DNA from: Ruminococcus intestinalis
Lineage (GTDB): Bacteria > Bacillota > Negativicutes > Acidaminococcales > Acidaminococcaceae
NCBI GenBank assembly: GCA_963657675.1
Contig: CAVKMV010000003.1
Location: 1,059 to 65,058, forward strand
DNA length: 64,000 nt
Direction of reading: 5' to 3'
Part shown: one piece after another, positions 51,100 through 60,731 of the stretch
Position numbering within the stretch: the first letter of the stretch is position 1
Layout of the letters: every line of letters starts with the position of its first letter
Position numbers and translations under genes: made by a program
Notes under the pieces: model-generated
Database searches by the model: none
What the model saw: the letters and a program-made list of their open reading frames with translations, nothing else
What the model was told of the DNA's origin: nothing

Positions 51100-51282
51100 A
51101 AAAAGATTATATACTCACTTATCTGTAATAGCAACAAATTCACTGTAATTAGCAGGCTGTTTTTCGGCAATAAAAAAATGGCCTAACTCCCTATGATTAA
51201 GCCATTTCTTTATGTCTACCCTTTAGTAGATTGTAGATTTTTTCTTTACTTATGTTGTTTTTTTATCTACTCTGATTTAGAT

Positions 51283-52647
51283 TTACTTTAGATAGAATAA
51301 GGAGATCAAACGCAGGTTGCTGATTTTGGCGGCATAGGCCAAGGCCCTGTCCGTAAAGCCCCTGCGCGCAAAAACTACATAAAAATTTTCTCTGCCCTGC
51401 AAGTCCCGGTACTGCTGCTGCAGCTGTTTGAGCAAAGCCACGTCAACCTTGGTTTTGCCCCACACGCATTGCATAAAGCAGGCGTGTGTCTTATCCTCAG
51501 CCAACAGGCGCAAAGCGTCAGGTGAACAGTCCTCCTTCGGCCAGACAATGCCAAGAGAGGTGAAATTAAAGCCAAAGTCCCCCCTGCTGCGTAACAAAAA
51601 GCAATGCTGCCTGCAAACCTGCAAAAACAGCTGCCTGCCATAAGACTCCAGCGCCGGCAGCACCCTGCTGCGCAGCACAAGACTGCCAACTCCCATAGTA
51701 ATGCTGCTCAAATACGGATAAACAAAGCAGTACCAAAACACCAGCATCTGATTGCTAAGCATATAGTATGTCTTTTTGGACTGCTTGGATTTAACTGCGT
51801 CTGCAGGCGTTATTTTCTGCAGCAGTCCCAAGCCCTGTAGCACATTGACATATTTGGAGGTCTTGTTGTCAGGCATGCCCACGGCCTCCGCTATATCCTT
51901 CATATGCACTGCGCCACAGGCCACCGAGCAGAGGACAGCATGATAAATATGCGGCTGTCTGAAGCCTTGCTCCAGCAAACGTTCCCCCTCATGCAACAGC
52001 ACAGCCGTCGGGGCAAAAAAGAGCTTATACAAATTATCCTTAAAGCTTAACTCCATATCAAGATGCTGCAAATATTGCGGTATACTACCCGTAACACCAT
52101 AAAGCAGCAGCTTTTCTTCATTACTGAACGGCACCAGGCAGGGCAGGGTTTCCTCATAAGTCAGTGCTTCAAGGTGTAAGCCTTGGCACTGCAGACCATT
52201 TTGTGCAAGCAGCTGCTGCACATAGGTCGTATCCCTGCCGGCAAAAAGCACCAGCAGGCGCAGTCTGTCACGCAGCGGCCGCAGCGCTGCGATAAGAGCA
52301 GGCACCAGCTCGGCAAAGCCGACCTTTAGCTCCTGCGCATCATCAATAATAAAAATAAGCTTCTGCCCCAGCGACTTATTGCACAAGCGCTGCAGCAAAT
52401 CCTGCCAGCTAGCGCCAGGGCAGTCCACTACTCCCTGCGTCAGCAGCTCTGTATAAAAGGCGGCCTTATTGGCGTTACCCGTGCTGGCACGCACGCAATA
52501 ACAGGCCCTGCGCCTGCGACGGGAAAATTCCTGCAGTAGGGCTGTTTTGCCCATACCTGCAGCACCGTCAAGGCACACACATTGCAGCTCATTAGTATTA
52601 TACAGCCTTTCCAAAAATGCTAATTCTTTTTTTCGACCAATAAACAT
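51283..52647 (-). CDS. AAA ATPase with wHTH and DUF234-like C-terminus
   Basis: MFIGRKKEL, Walker A GAAGMGKT, TG.IP.YL, FWY.FV.P. Confidence 0.82.
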   Translation of the reverse strand: MFIGRKKELAFLERLYNTNELQCVCLDGAAGMGKTALLQEFSRRRRRACYCVRASTGNANKAAFYTELLTQGVVDCPGASWQDLLQRLCNKSLGQKLIFIIDDAQELKVGFAELVPALIAALRPLRDRLRLLVLFAGRDTTYVQQLLAQNGLQCQGLHLEALTYEETLPCLVPFSNEEKLLLYGVTGSIPQYLQHLDMELSFKDNLYKLFFAPTAVLLHEGERLLEQGFRQPHIYHAVLCSVACGAVHMKDIAEAVGMPDNKTSKYVNVLQGLGLLQKITPADAVKSKQSKKTYYMLSNQMLVFWYCFVYPYLSSITMGVGSLVLRSRVLPALESYGRQLFLQVCRQHCFLLRSRGDFGFNFTSLGIVWPKEDCSPDALRLLAEDKTHACFMQCVWGKTKVDVALLKQLQQQYRDLQGRENFYVVFARRGFTDRALAYAAKISNLRLISLFYLK

Positions 52648-52802
52648 GCGCCTCACCAACTCTACTCATAAGTTTATTACATTATATCATAATCTTAAGC
52701 CTTGCGTCTGCTATTTCCTATAAGCGTATCTTAGTATAGCAGCTTCCCCTCATATAACCAATTACTTCAATTTGATAAAACTCACACTTAAAAAAACTGC
52801 GC

Positions 52803-52831
52803 TTGCTTTTTCGATACTAGTAATATATACT
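52803..52831 (+). promoter_or_regulatory. Promoter of exbB-exbD-tonB
   Basis: TTGCTT-N17-TATACT. Confidence 0.55.
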
Positions 52832-52942
52832 ATGTATCATAAGATGATTATAGTAACCATAGTCCCGTAATTTTACGCCTTGCCGGGCGCACGGCTGACT
52901 ATGCTTTTGGTTATTGTAATACGTGTATGAGGAGGCAAATTC

Positions 52943-53560
52943 ATGGAAGCAATTCAACAAACAATTATGTATTTTCACAAGGGCGGCCTTGTCATGTGGC
53001 CGTTGTTGTTCTGTTCAATCGCGGTTATCGCTATCGCTATTGAACGCTTTTTGTTTTACAAGGGAGTAGACAGCGGTGCGCAGTTCGCCGCCCAATACTG
53101 CTCGCTTTTGCGTGCGGATAATAACAGCGAAGCACTTCAGCTGGCTGAAGCAAGCAGGGGCGAATGTGCGCAGATAGTTGCCGCAGCTGCCAAAATCGAA
53201 GGTGGCAACGAACAGAAAAAGGCCTTCATGGAAAGCCAGGCAGGCATCTTCATCGCCAAGCTCAAGGATAAGCTGGATTATCTGAGCATCATCGTTACCA
53301 TGTCCCCGCTTCTGGGTCTTTTGGGCACTATCGTAGGCATGATTGGTGCCTTCAGCATCTTTAACCTGCAGGCCGGCGCCCCCATAGCCATCACCGGCGG
53401 TATCGGCGAAGCCTTAATCGCTACTGCTACCGGCCTGTGCGTAGCTATTATTTCGCTGTGCGCCCATTCCTACTTTGCCCACCGCATGGACAACATGATT
53501 ACTGATATGGAGCAGTGCTTCAGCGCCCTGCTGGAAGCCGGCACAAGGAGTGGTAAATAA
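52943..53560 (+). CDS. exbB: ExbB/TolQ proton channel
   Basis: GG.VMWPL, PLLGLLGTIVGMI, GIGEALIATATGL. Confidence 0.92.
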   Translation: MEAIQQTIMYFHKGGLVMWPLLFCSIAVIAIAIERFLFYKGVDSGAQFAAQYCSLLRADNNSEALQLAEASRGECAQIVAAAAKIEGGNEQKKAFMESQAGIFIAKLKDKLDYLSIIVTMSPLLGLLGTIVGMIGAFSIFNLQAGAPIAITGGIGEALIATATGLCVAIISLCAHSYFAHRMDNMITDMEQCFSALLEAGTRSGK

Positions 53561-53970
53561 TGCAGCTGCGCGATGTACGTAACAGAAAAACACCGGAGCT
53601 GATTATCATTCCGATGATCGACATCATGTTCTTTTTGCTGGTCTTTTTCATGCTCAGCACTATGTATATGATTGATCTGAAGACCATCCCCGTTAAGCTG
53701 CCGCAGGCAGCCAATGCTGCCACCGATACCACCACGACCTTTGCCGTCAGTCTCAAAAACGACGGCAAGCTGTATCTGGGTGAGGCTCCGACCGACATTC
53801 AATCCTTAGTTACGCAGGCTGCTATTGAGCAAAAAAATAATCCCCGCTTTGCCATTGTTATCAGGGCAGACAAGGATATTGATTACGGCCGTGTAATTGA
53901 GCTGATTGATAAATTGAAGGGCGCAGGTATCACCCGCTTTGGTTTGGCAACGGATGGAGCTGGTAAATAA
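53560..53970 (+). CDS. exbD: ExbD/TolR
   Basis: PMIDIMFFLLVFFM, IRADK. Confidence 0.92.
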   Translation: MQLRDVRNRKTPELIIIPMIDIMFFLLVFFMLSTMYMIDLKTIPVKLPQAANAATDTTTTFAVSLKNDGKLYLGEAPTDIQSLVTQAAIEQKNNPRFAIVIRADKDIDYGRVIELIDKLKGAGITRFGLATDGAGK

Positions 53971-54722
53971 TGGATAGTCGTCAGCGAAGCAAATATGGTA
54001 TTTTAGGCTCCGTCGCCGTCCATGTGCTGCTTTTTTTGCTTGTTAGCTTCACAGGCCTGTTTGCCTTCAGCCAGCACCAGCAGGACGACGTCGTCGAGGT
54101 ATCGCTTTTTGGCGGCGGTGGCGGTGGCGGCGGCAGTGATGCCGACATAGAGGATGGCCAGGATGAGGAAACTACCTCCGAGGATGACCAAGCCCAGGAG
54201 GAAGAAGCTCCCCAGCCTGACGCTATCTGGCAAAACGACCAGAATAAGCCCCAGCCTGCCCCGGTGAAAAAGGCCCACGTCAAAAAGGCCTCGCACAAGG
54301 GCAGCGGTACAGGCCAGGGCAGTGGCACAGGCAGCGGCACGGGTCCCGGTAGCGGCAGCGGCAGTGGTGGCGGTCATGGCAGCGGCCATGGTACGGGCAC
54401 AGGCAGCGGCACAGGTCCTGGCAGTGGCGGCGGCAGCGGTAACGCAGTTGCCATCCCACCACGCATTACACACAAGGCAGATCCAGTTTATCCTGCAGCA
54501 GAACGCAATGCAGGTATCACAGGCTCCGGCATGGTGCGTCTTTTGGTCAACACCAGCGGTACAGTTGACAGTGTAGAGCTTGTAAGCTCCACCGGCAATG
54601 CCAACCTGGACCAGGCAGGCATAAACGCTGCTTATAAATGGCGTTTTACCAGCGCCGTCGGCAAAAACGGTCAAAAGGTGCGTTGCTACCTCAAGCTGCC
54701 CTTTACCTTCAGAATAAAATAG
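53970..54722 (+). CDS. tonB: Energy transducer TonB
   Basis: N-terminal TM with SxxxH, Gly/Ser linker, C-terminal YP..., SSTG...LD..., WRF. Confidence 0.88.
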   Translation: MDSRQRSKYGILGSVAVHVLLFLLVSFTGLFAFSQHQQDDVVEVSLFGGGGGGGGSDADIEDGQDEETTSEDDQAQEEEAPQPDAIWQNDQNKPQPAPVKKAHVKKASHKGSGTGQGSGTGSGTGPGSGSGSGGGHGSGHGTGTGSGTGPGSGGGSGNAVAIPPRITHKADPVYPAAERNAGITGSGMVRLLVNTSGTVDSVELVSSTGNANLDQAGINAAYKWRFTSAVGKNGQKVRCYLKLPFTFRIK

Positions 54723-54731
54723 GCAAAATTT

Positions 54732-54770
54732 AACTGCTAGTCTGTTTGCATGTACAGACTAGCAGTTTTC
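54732..54770. terminator. Terminator between convergent tonB and cvfB
   Basis: AACTGCTAGTCTGT / ACAGACTAGCAGTT stem. Confidence 0.7.
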
Positions 54771-54794
54771 TTGTGCCTAGCTTAAGCTCCTCTT

Positions 54795-55706
54795 TTACTT
54801 TTCGGTTAAGTAGGTCCAACCGTTCTCCTGACGGATTTTGCCCTCCTTCATCAGGTGACCCAAAGCACGCTTGAAGGCTGCCTTGCTGATGCCAAACTTC
54901 TGCTTAATAATTTCCAGGGGTGTGGAATCACAGTAGGGCATACTGCCACCACGCTTGAGCAAAAAGTCATAAATATCCTGCGCGTCAGCAACGAGGGCGT
55001 TTTCCTTTTGCAGACGCATAGAAACATTAATGCGCCCATCCTCGCGCAGATAGGTGACACGGCAGGTAACCTCCTGGCCAAAGTCCAGACGGCCGCCAGG
55101 AACCTCGCTGCGGTGCAAAAAGGCAATAAAGCGCTGGTTGGTAAGGATAAAAAAGCCTTCTGGTAAGATATTGTAGATGGTGCCTGTAACGCTGTCGCCA
55201 ATCTTCAGGCCCTCGGCAGGCTTGGAAGCACGCAGCATATCCTCCTCCACACGCATGGTGACAGCAGGGCGGCCGCTCTTATCACGGTACAGCTTTACCC
55301 AAACCATTTGTCCCTCGTTCACGTGGCCACGCATCTGACTATAGGGCAAAAATACACCACGCTCAGCGCCAATATCCACAAAGCCGCCATCACGCGTCAC
55401 GCTCAGCACGCGCACATAACCCAGCTGGCCCTCGCGCATCTTGGGCAGCTTCATGCTGGCCGTCAAACGCTTATTGGGATCCAGGTACAGGTAAACCTTT
55501 ACAGTATCACCAATATTAACCTTTTCCAGCTGTTGCTGATTATGCAGCAAAATATCATCCGACGTATTGCCTGTGCCTGCATCCAAAAAGGCGCCTGCTT
55601 CGTTTGTACGCACAACCTTGAGGCTTACTACGTCACCAGGACGGTATTTGGTATTGTTAGTTACAGCAGCAGCATTAGGCCTGCCGTATCTTTGTTTTTC
55701 AATCAT
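54795..55706 (-). CDS. cvfB: CvfB/YitL S1-domain RNA-binding protein
   Basis: Repeated S1 motifs (GAFLD, GGFVDIG), C-terminal FGISKAAFKRALG.L. Confidence 0.88.
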   Translation of the reverse strand: MIEKQRYGRPNAAAVTNNTKYRPGDVVSLKVVRTNEAGAFLDAGTGNTSDDILLHNQQQLEKVNIGDTVKVYLYLDPNKRLTASMKLPKMREGQLGYVRVLSVTRDGGFVDIGAERGVFLPYSQMRGHVNEGQMVWVKLYRDKSGRPAVTMRVEEDMLRASKPAEGLKIGDSVTGTIYNILPEGFFILTNQRFIAFLHRSEVPGGRLDFGQEVTCRVTYLREDGRINVSMRLQKENALVADAQDIYDFLLKRGGSMPYCDSTPLEIIKQKFGISKAAFKRALGHLMKEGKIRQENGWTYLTEK

Positions 55707-56055
55707 CAATATTCTCCACAAAGGCCTCAGACGGAGCATCTGCCCACAGCTGCTCCAGATTGTAAAAATCGCGCTCCTCCTCCAGGAAGACGTGGGCTAC
55801 TACATCGCCGTAATCCAGCAGCACCCAGCGTGCGTCACCGTAGCCCTCCTTATGGGTGGGGTGAACGCCTGCCTCCGCCAGCTTATCTTCAATATTATCA
55901 GCAATAGCCTTTACCAGCGTGCTGTTACCGGCGCTGCAGATAACGTAAAAATCTGTCACTGGCGAAAGACCTTCCATATTCAAAAGCAAAATATCCTTAG
56001 CCTTTTTATCATTGGCCGCAGCCGCAATCTTTTGGGCGAGTTCTTTAGTATTCAT
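55699..56055 (-). CDS. rsfS: Ribosome silencing factor
   Basis: DKKAKDI, WVLLDYGDVVAHVF, RDFYNLEQLW. Confidence 0.95.
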   Translation of the reverse strand: MNTKELAQKIAAAANDKKAKDILLLNMEGLSPVTDFYVICSAGNSTLVKAIADNIEDKLAEAGVHPTHKEGYGDARWVLLDYGDVVAHVFLEEERDFYNLEQLWADAPSEAFVENIDD

Positions 56056-56066
56056 CAAAATCCTCC

Positions 56067-57161
56067 TTAATTATCGTTACTTTTCTCAGTAGTCTGTGCT
56101 TTCTTAACCAGCTCATCCTTATCCTTAGGCTGCAAATGCTCCTTCGGTGCTTCCTCTACCTTAGGCTTTTGCTCCTCCTCATCATCATCCTTCAGATAAG
56201 GTATACCAAGCTCATCAAGCGATTTGTTGACCTCCGCCTGGGTTGATGACCAGTAGCTCACGCCGGTGGAATCATCAAACTGACCATACAGCATGCAGCT
56301 GCGCAGCTTGTCATCACCAAACAGCTTAAAGCTGTTGGCAGCCCTGAGCATTGTCAACGTATTCAAATCAGTTTCCACATATTTATCCAGCACCGCCAGC
56401 AGACTGCTGATCTTCGTCACGTTCTGCACCGAAAACATCTGCTCTGCCGCCGCCTTCAAAAACTTTTGCTGACGCTGCACGCGCCCGATATCTCCCAGCT
56501 CATCCTTGCGGAAGCGCACATACTTGCCTGCGGTTTCGCCGTCCATGTGCTGGTAGCCATGCTTGATATCAATCACAAGGTCAGCATAAGGATCCTCGTA
56601 GTACATATCCTTATCTACATACATATCCACGCCGCCAATCAAATTGACCACGTCAATAAAGCCACGCCAGTTGGCCAGTGCATAGTAATGGATAGGCACG
56701 CGCAAAAGGTTGGCCACTGTCTGCTTGGCCATAACAGCCCCACCATAGGCATAGGCAGCGTTAATCTTTTCCGGATCCCTGTGCCCCGGCAATATCACCT
56801 TGGTATCACGCGGAATGCTCAGCACTGCCACCTTGTTGTTTTGTGGGTCAAAGCTCAGCAAAATAATCGCGTCCGTGCGTTTAGGCTCTGTCTCGGCCGC
56901 CTCGCTGTCACCGTCATCAATACCCAAAAGCAGGATATTAATGCGCTCGTTCAGCCTTTCGTCCTCACGGATTTTGTCATCAGCGGCAGCAACTGCGGCA
57001 TGGGGCGGATTAATAAAATTGTTATAGGCCCACACCGTGCCAAAAAAGAGGCCGACAGCCAAAAATCCCAGCAGGACGACAAAGCACAGCAGTCTGCCCC
57101 AGCGCAGCCTGCGTTTTACGTGGTGCGGTGGCGTCTGTTGTCCATTTTTATTTTCTTCCAT
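56067..57161 (-). CDS. LCP (LytR-CpsA-Psr) family protein
   Basis: N-terminal TM, NILLLGID, RTD, SIPRD, KINAAY, RFR..DIGR..RQQ; start uncertain (57161 or 57173). Confidence 0.9.
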   Translation of the reverse strand: MEENKNGQQTPPHHVKRRLRWGRLLCFVVLLGFLAVGLFFGTVWAYNNFINPPHAAVAAADDKIREDERLNERINILLLGIDDGDSEAAETEPKRTDAIILLSFDPQNNKVAVLSIPRDTKVILPGHRDPEKINAAYAYGGAVMAKQTVANLLRVPIHYYALANWRGFIDVVNLIGGVDMYVDKDMYYEDPYADLVIDIKHGYQHMDGETAGKYVRFRKDELGDIGRVQRQQKFLKAAAEQMFSVQNVTKISSLLAVLDKYVETDLNTLTMLRAANSFKLFGDDKLRSCMLYGQFDDSTGVSYWSSTQAEVNKSLDELGIPYLKDDDEEEQKPKVEEAPKEHLQPKDKDELVKKAQTTEKSNDN

Positions 57162-57180
57162 ATTTTCCTTCATATTCTTA

Positions 57181-57762
57181 CTATTTACTCTTGAGCTTTT
57201 GCTGCAAAAGCAGCTCATTGTAGCCATCCAGACAATGTGGATGGATTAAAAGATTGCTGTCCAAAAGATAGCGTATCGTATTGCTGTAGGCCAAAAGCAT
57301 CGCCTTATCCAAATCCTTATAGGACAGCTCCCGCAGCTTCTCTACGCCGGGAAAATCCCTCCCGGGCTCAATCATATCGGCCAAAAATACTACCTTGGCC
57401 AAGGCTGTCATCTTGGCAGCGCCTGTTGTATGCTGGCAAATGCCTGCCAAAATTTCTTCATCATGAACGCCATACTTTTTCTTTGCATAATACACACCCA
57501 ATTTAGCATGCAGCAAAATCGGCTGGCTACGTTCCACCTCGTCAATAGCAATTCCCAGTTCATCGGCCTTAGCCGCGCTTTCCTTGCTGGCGACCTCACG
57601 GCCACAGTCATGCAAAAGCGCGCACACAGCAATCTTTTCCTGAGGCAGAGCATGCGCCTGTGCCAAAGCCAGCGCTGCTTCATATACGCGCACCGAATGC
57701 TTATAGCGCTTTGCAGGAAGCGAAGCCTCCAGTAAGCTCCTCATTTCCTCTATCGTCATCAT
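57181..57762 (-). CDS. yqeK: YqeK Ap4A hydrolase (HD domain)
   Basis: RYKHS, LLHD, HTTG, ADMIEPGRDF; follows nadD. Confidence 0.9.
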   Translation of the reverse strand: MMTIEEMRSLLEASLPAKRYKHSVRVYEAALALAQAHALPQEKIAVCALLHDCGREVASKESAAKADELGIAIDEVERSQPILLHAKLGVYYAKKKYGVHDEEILAGICQHTTGAAKMTALAKVVFLADMIEPGRDFPGVEKLRELSYKDLDKAMLLAYSNTIRYLLDSNLLIHPHCLDGYNELLLQQKLKSK

Positions 57763-57765
57763 TAT

Positions 57766-58386
57766 CTATTCCTTCTCCTGCACCTGATACAAATTATGCT
57801 CCCTAATATAGGCCTCGACCTGCGGCGGCACCAAGCCTGCAAGAGCTCGTCCCTCGTGCAGGCGCGTCCTTATTTCTGTAGAAGAAATATCGTATTGCGG
57901 TGTATGCAGCAAAATAATATTTTTGGCTGCTTCTGCACCCAGATTCTGCACGACCTCCTCCATCACGCCCTCATAGCCAGGCCTGCCTGCTGCGATAAAG
58001 ATTGCCAGCTGCAGCATTTCCTCAATGCTGTTCCAGGTATGCAGCTGCGCCAGCGAATCAGCACCGATAATAAAGTAAAGCTGACGCCCAGGGTGAAGCC
58101 TGTGCAGCTCGCGGAGCGTATCCACCGTATAGGAAACACCGCTACGCACAAGCTCTATATCAGACACTGCAAAGTGCTCATATCCCTGCACCGCCAGCTT
58201 CGTCATGGCATAACGGTGCTGCGCCGGTGCGTAATCCTGACCCAGCTTATGCGGAGGAACATACGCCGGAATAAAAACAATCTCATCCAGCGGTATCTGG
58301 CTGTAAACAGCCTCAGCCATATGCAGATGTCCCAGGTGAATAGGATCAAAGGTTCCACCTAAAATGCCAAGCCCCTTACCAGTCAC
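57766..58386 (-). CDS. nadD: Nicotinate-nucleotide adenylyltransferase
   Basis: GGTFDPIHLGH, PPHK, SYT, IIGADS, ISSTEIR; GTG start best fits the RBS. Confidence 0.95.
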   Translation of the reverse strand: MTGKGLGILGGTFDPIHLGHLHMAEAVYSQIPLDEIVFIPAYVPPHKLGQDYAPAQHRYAMTKLAVQGYEHFAVSDIELVRSGVSYTVDTLRELHRLHPGRQLYFIIGADSLAQLHTWNSIEEMLQLAIFIAAGRPGYEGVMEEVVQNLGAEAAKNIILLHTPQYDISSTEIRTRLHEGRALAGLVPPQVEAYIREHNLYQVQEKE

Positions 58387-58428
58387 AGCCATCCTCCTCA
58401 ATAAACACTTTCCTATCGTTTTATTATA

Positions 58429-58596
58429 TCAACCAGCAAGCATTTGTACAACCTTTTGCAGCACAATTATTATTGCCAGCATGAGTAAAAGTCCCTTGCT
58501 GCGATCCTTAATATCAAAAACAGTTTTAGGCCTTCTCAGATAATCCAAGAAGGCCTGCAGATAATCCCTTATTGTCGGTGGTTTTGCCTGATTCAT
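58429..58596 (-). CDS. 55-aa small membrane protein (not in the ORF track)
   Basis: MNQAKPPTIRDYLQAFLDYLRRPKTVFDIKDRSKGLLLMLAIIIVLQKVVQMLAG; RBS GGGAGA; C-terminal TM helix. Confidence 0.55.
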   Translation of the reverse strand: MNQAKPPTIRDYLQAFLDYLRRPKTVFDIKDRSKGLLLMLAIIIVLQKVVQMLAG

Positions 58597-58745
58597 AAAG
58601 TTCTCCCATCAAGATAACTGTAATCATTAGATTGACAGAAAAAGTAAACAGCATAGCGCCCAAGCATTCCATGATTGCAGCCAACAGGTCTAGCCTGCCG
58701 GCTGCAAACCTCCTGCCTGCAGTCGCTATGCTTTAGCTTTGCAAA

Positions 58746-59960
58746 TTACTCGTATCTCAAGGCGTCAATCGGGTCGAGTAAGGCAGCCTTTCTTGCTGGA
58801 TAGATGCCAAAGAAGAGGCCTATGCCCACAGAGAACACTACTGCGATCACTACTGCCCACATCGAAATTACCGTATTCCAGCCGGCAATCTTGCTGATGA
58901 CCGTAGACGCGCCAATGCCCAGCACAACGCCCAACGTACCGCCAATGATACCGATAACCATAGATTCCACCAAAAACTGCTGCAGAATATTGTTATAGGT
59001 AGCACCCAAGGCCTTGCGGATACCAATCTCACGCGTGCGCTCCGTTACCGATACCAGCATGATGTTCATGATACCGATGCCACCGACCAAAAGACTGATG
59101 GCGGCAATACAGCCAAGCAAAATAGTAATGTTGTTAGCTGTTTCCATCATCGTTTCCATAATCTGCTGCATGTTGCCCACGGTAAAATCATCCGTGCCGC
59201 CCTCTTTTATCTTGTGGCGGGTGCGCAGCACCTGCTCCACCTCGGCCTGCACGTCATCAATCACGTTTTCGTTCTCCGCCTGTACTGTGATTCGCTGCAC
59301 GTTGGTGATACCCATCATGCGGTTCTGCGCCGTCGTCAGCGGAATGTAGACAACGTCGTCCTGATCCTGACCCATGCCGCTCTGGCCCTTGCTCTTTAAT
59401 ACGCCTACAACCTGAAAGGGTGCTTTGTTGATGCGCATAATCTTGCCTACGGGGTTACCCTCGGGGAAAAGGCTGTCAGCAACAGTTTTGCCAATTACGG
59501 CAACCCTGCCGCGGCTCTGCAGGTCACGGTCGTTTAAGATACGGCCCTCGTCAATTTCCAGGCTGGAAATCGAAAAGCTGCTGGGAGTGTTACCCTCAAC
59601 GCGGCTCGTCCAGTTTTGGTTGCCTGCTACCAGCTGATAGCTTTTATTAACGCTGGCCGTAATCGCAGCAATGCCGTCAACCTGCTTGGCAATAGCCTGC
59701 ATATCATCATATGTCAGCTTAACGCCCTCGCCGGCCGCCAGGCGTGCGCCACTGGAGGTGCGGCCGCCGGAGGTGATAATCAAAAGGTTACTGCCCAGCT
59801 TAGAAATATTCGACTTGACGTTTTCCTTCATGCCAAAGCCCAGGCTGACCATAGCAATTACTGCACCAACGCCGATGATAATACCCAAAAGCGTCAAAAA
59901 GGTACGCAGCTTGTTGGACACCATGCCCTCCAGCGCCATCTTTATGCTTTCATTTAACAT
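58746..59960 (-). CDS. MacB-like ABC permease
   Basis: LRTFLTLLGIIIGV, GIMNIMLVSVTERTREIGIRKALGA, PA.KAA.LDP. Confidence 0.93.
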   Translation of the reverse strand: MLNESIKMALEGMVSNKLRTFLTLLGIIIGVGAVIAMVSLGFGMKENVKSNISKLGSNLLIITSGGRTSSGARLAAGEGVKLTYDDMQAIAKQVDGIAAITASVNKSYQLVAGNQNWTSRVEGNTPSSFSISSLEIDEGRILNDRDLQSRGRVAVIGKTVADSLFPEGNPVGKIMRINKAPFQVVGVLKSKGQSGMGQDQDDVVYIPLTTAQNRMMGITNVQRITVQAENENVIDDVQAEVEQVLRTRHKIKEGGTDDFTVGNMQQIMETMMETANNITILLGCIAAISLLVGGIGIMNIMLVSVTERTREIGIRKALGATYNNILQQFLVESMVIGIIGGTLGVVLGIGASTVISKIAGWNTVISMWAVVIAVVFSVGIGLFFGIYPARKAALLDPIDALRYE

Positions 59961-59965
59961 GCTGC

Positions 59966-60715
59966 TTACCTTCCTTCGTTCTTCGTCTGGCCGTCACGCA
60001 TCTGCTGCAGCTCCTTGGCGGCGTAATCGTTACCGCTGCTACGCTCGTCACTCACAAGCTGGCCGTCACGCATTACCAGCACGCGCTTGGTCTGCTCCGC
60101 AATATCCGGCTCATGCGTTACCATAACGACGGTTTTGCCGCTGTCGTTAAGCTCCTTAAAGATATCCATAATCTCATAGCTGGACTTGGTATCCAAATTA
60201 CCTGTTGGCTCATCGGCCATAATAATAGCAGGATTGTTGATGAGGGCACGGGCGATGGCCACACGCTGACGCTGACCGCCGCTCATCTCCATAGGCTTAT
60301 GGTCAAGACGTGCGCCCAGTCCAACAGCCTCCAAAGCTTTTTTAGCGCGCTCCATGCGCTCCTCCTCGTCTATACCTGCATACACCAGCGGCAGGGCCAC
60401 GTTGGCCTGCGCCGTCAGCTTCGACAGCAGGTTGAAGTTTTGGAAAACAAAGCCGATTTTGGCATTACGCGTGTGCGCCAGCTCGTCATCATCGTAGCCG
60501 GCAATTTCCTTGCCGTCCAAAAAATACTCGCCGGACGTAGGTCTGTCCAGACAGCCCAAAATATTCATCATGGTGGATTTGCCACTACCGGACGGACCCA
60601 TAATAGAGGTGAACTCACCATAATCTATCGACACGTTCACATGAAAGAGGGCATGCACCACGCTGTCACCCATGTGATAGGTCTTCATTATATCCTTTAA
60701 TTCAATAACAGACAT
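59966..60715 (-). CDS. MacB-like ABC ATP-binding protein
   Basis: GPSGSGKS, SGGQRQRV, DEPTGNLD. Confidence 0.93.
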   Translation of the reverse strand: MSVIELKDIMKTYHMGDSVVHALFHVNVSIDYGEFTSIMGPSGSGKSTMMNILGCLDRPTSGEYFLDGKEIAGYDDDELAHTRNAKIGFVFQNFNLLSKLTAQANVALPLVYAGIDEEERMERAKKALEAVGLGARLDHKPMEMSGGQRQRVAIARALINNPAIIMADEPTGNLDTKSSYEIMDIFKELNDSGKTVVMVTHEPDIAEQTKRVLVMRDGQLVSDERSSGNDYAAKELQQMRDGQTKNEGR

Positions 60716-60731
60716 TATCGCAGCCTCCTTA

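Noticed and set aside
54296..54440. GGCAGCGGC-type repeats
   Set aside because: In-frame Gly/Ser linker of TonB; ordinary low-complexity coding sequence
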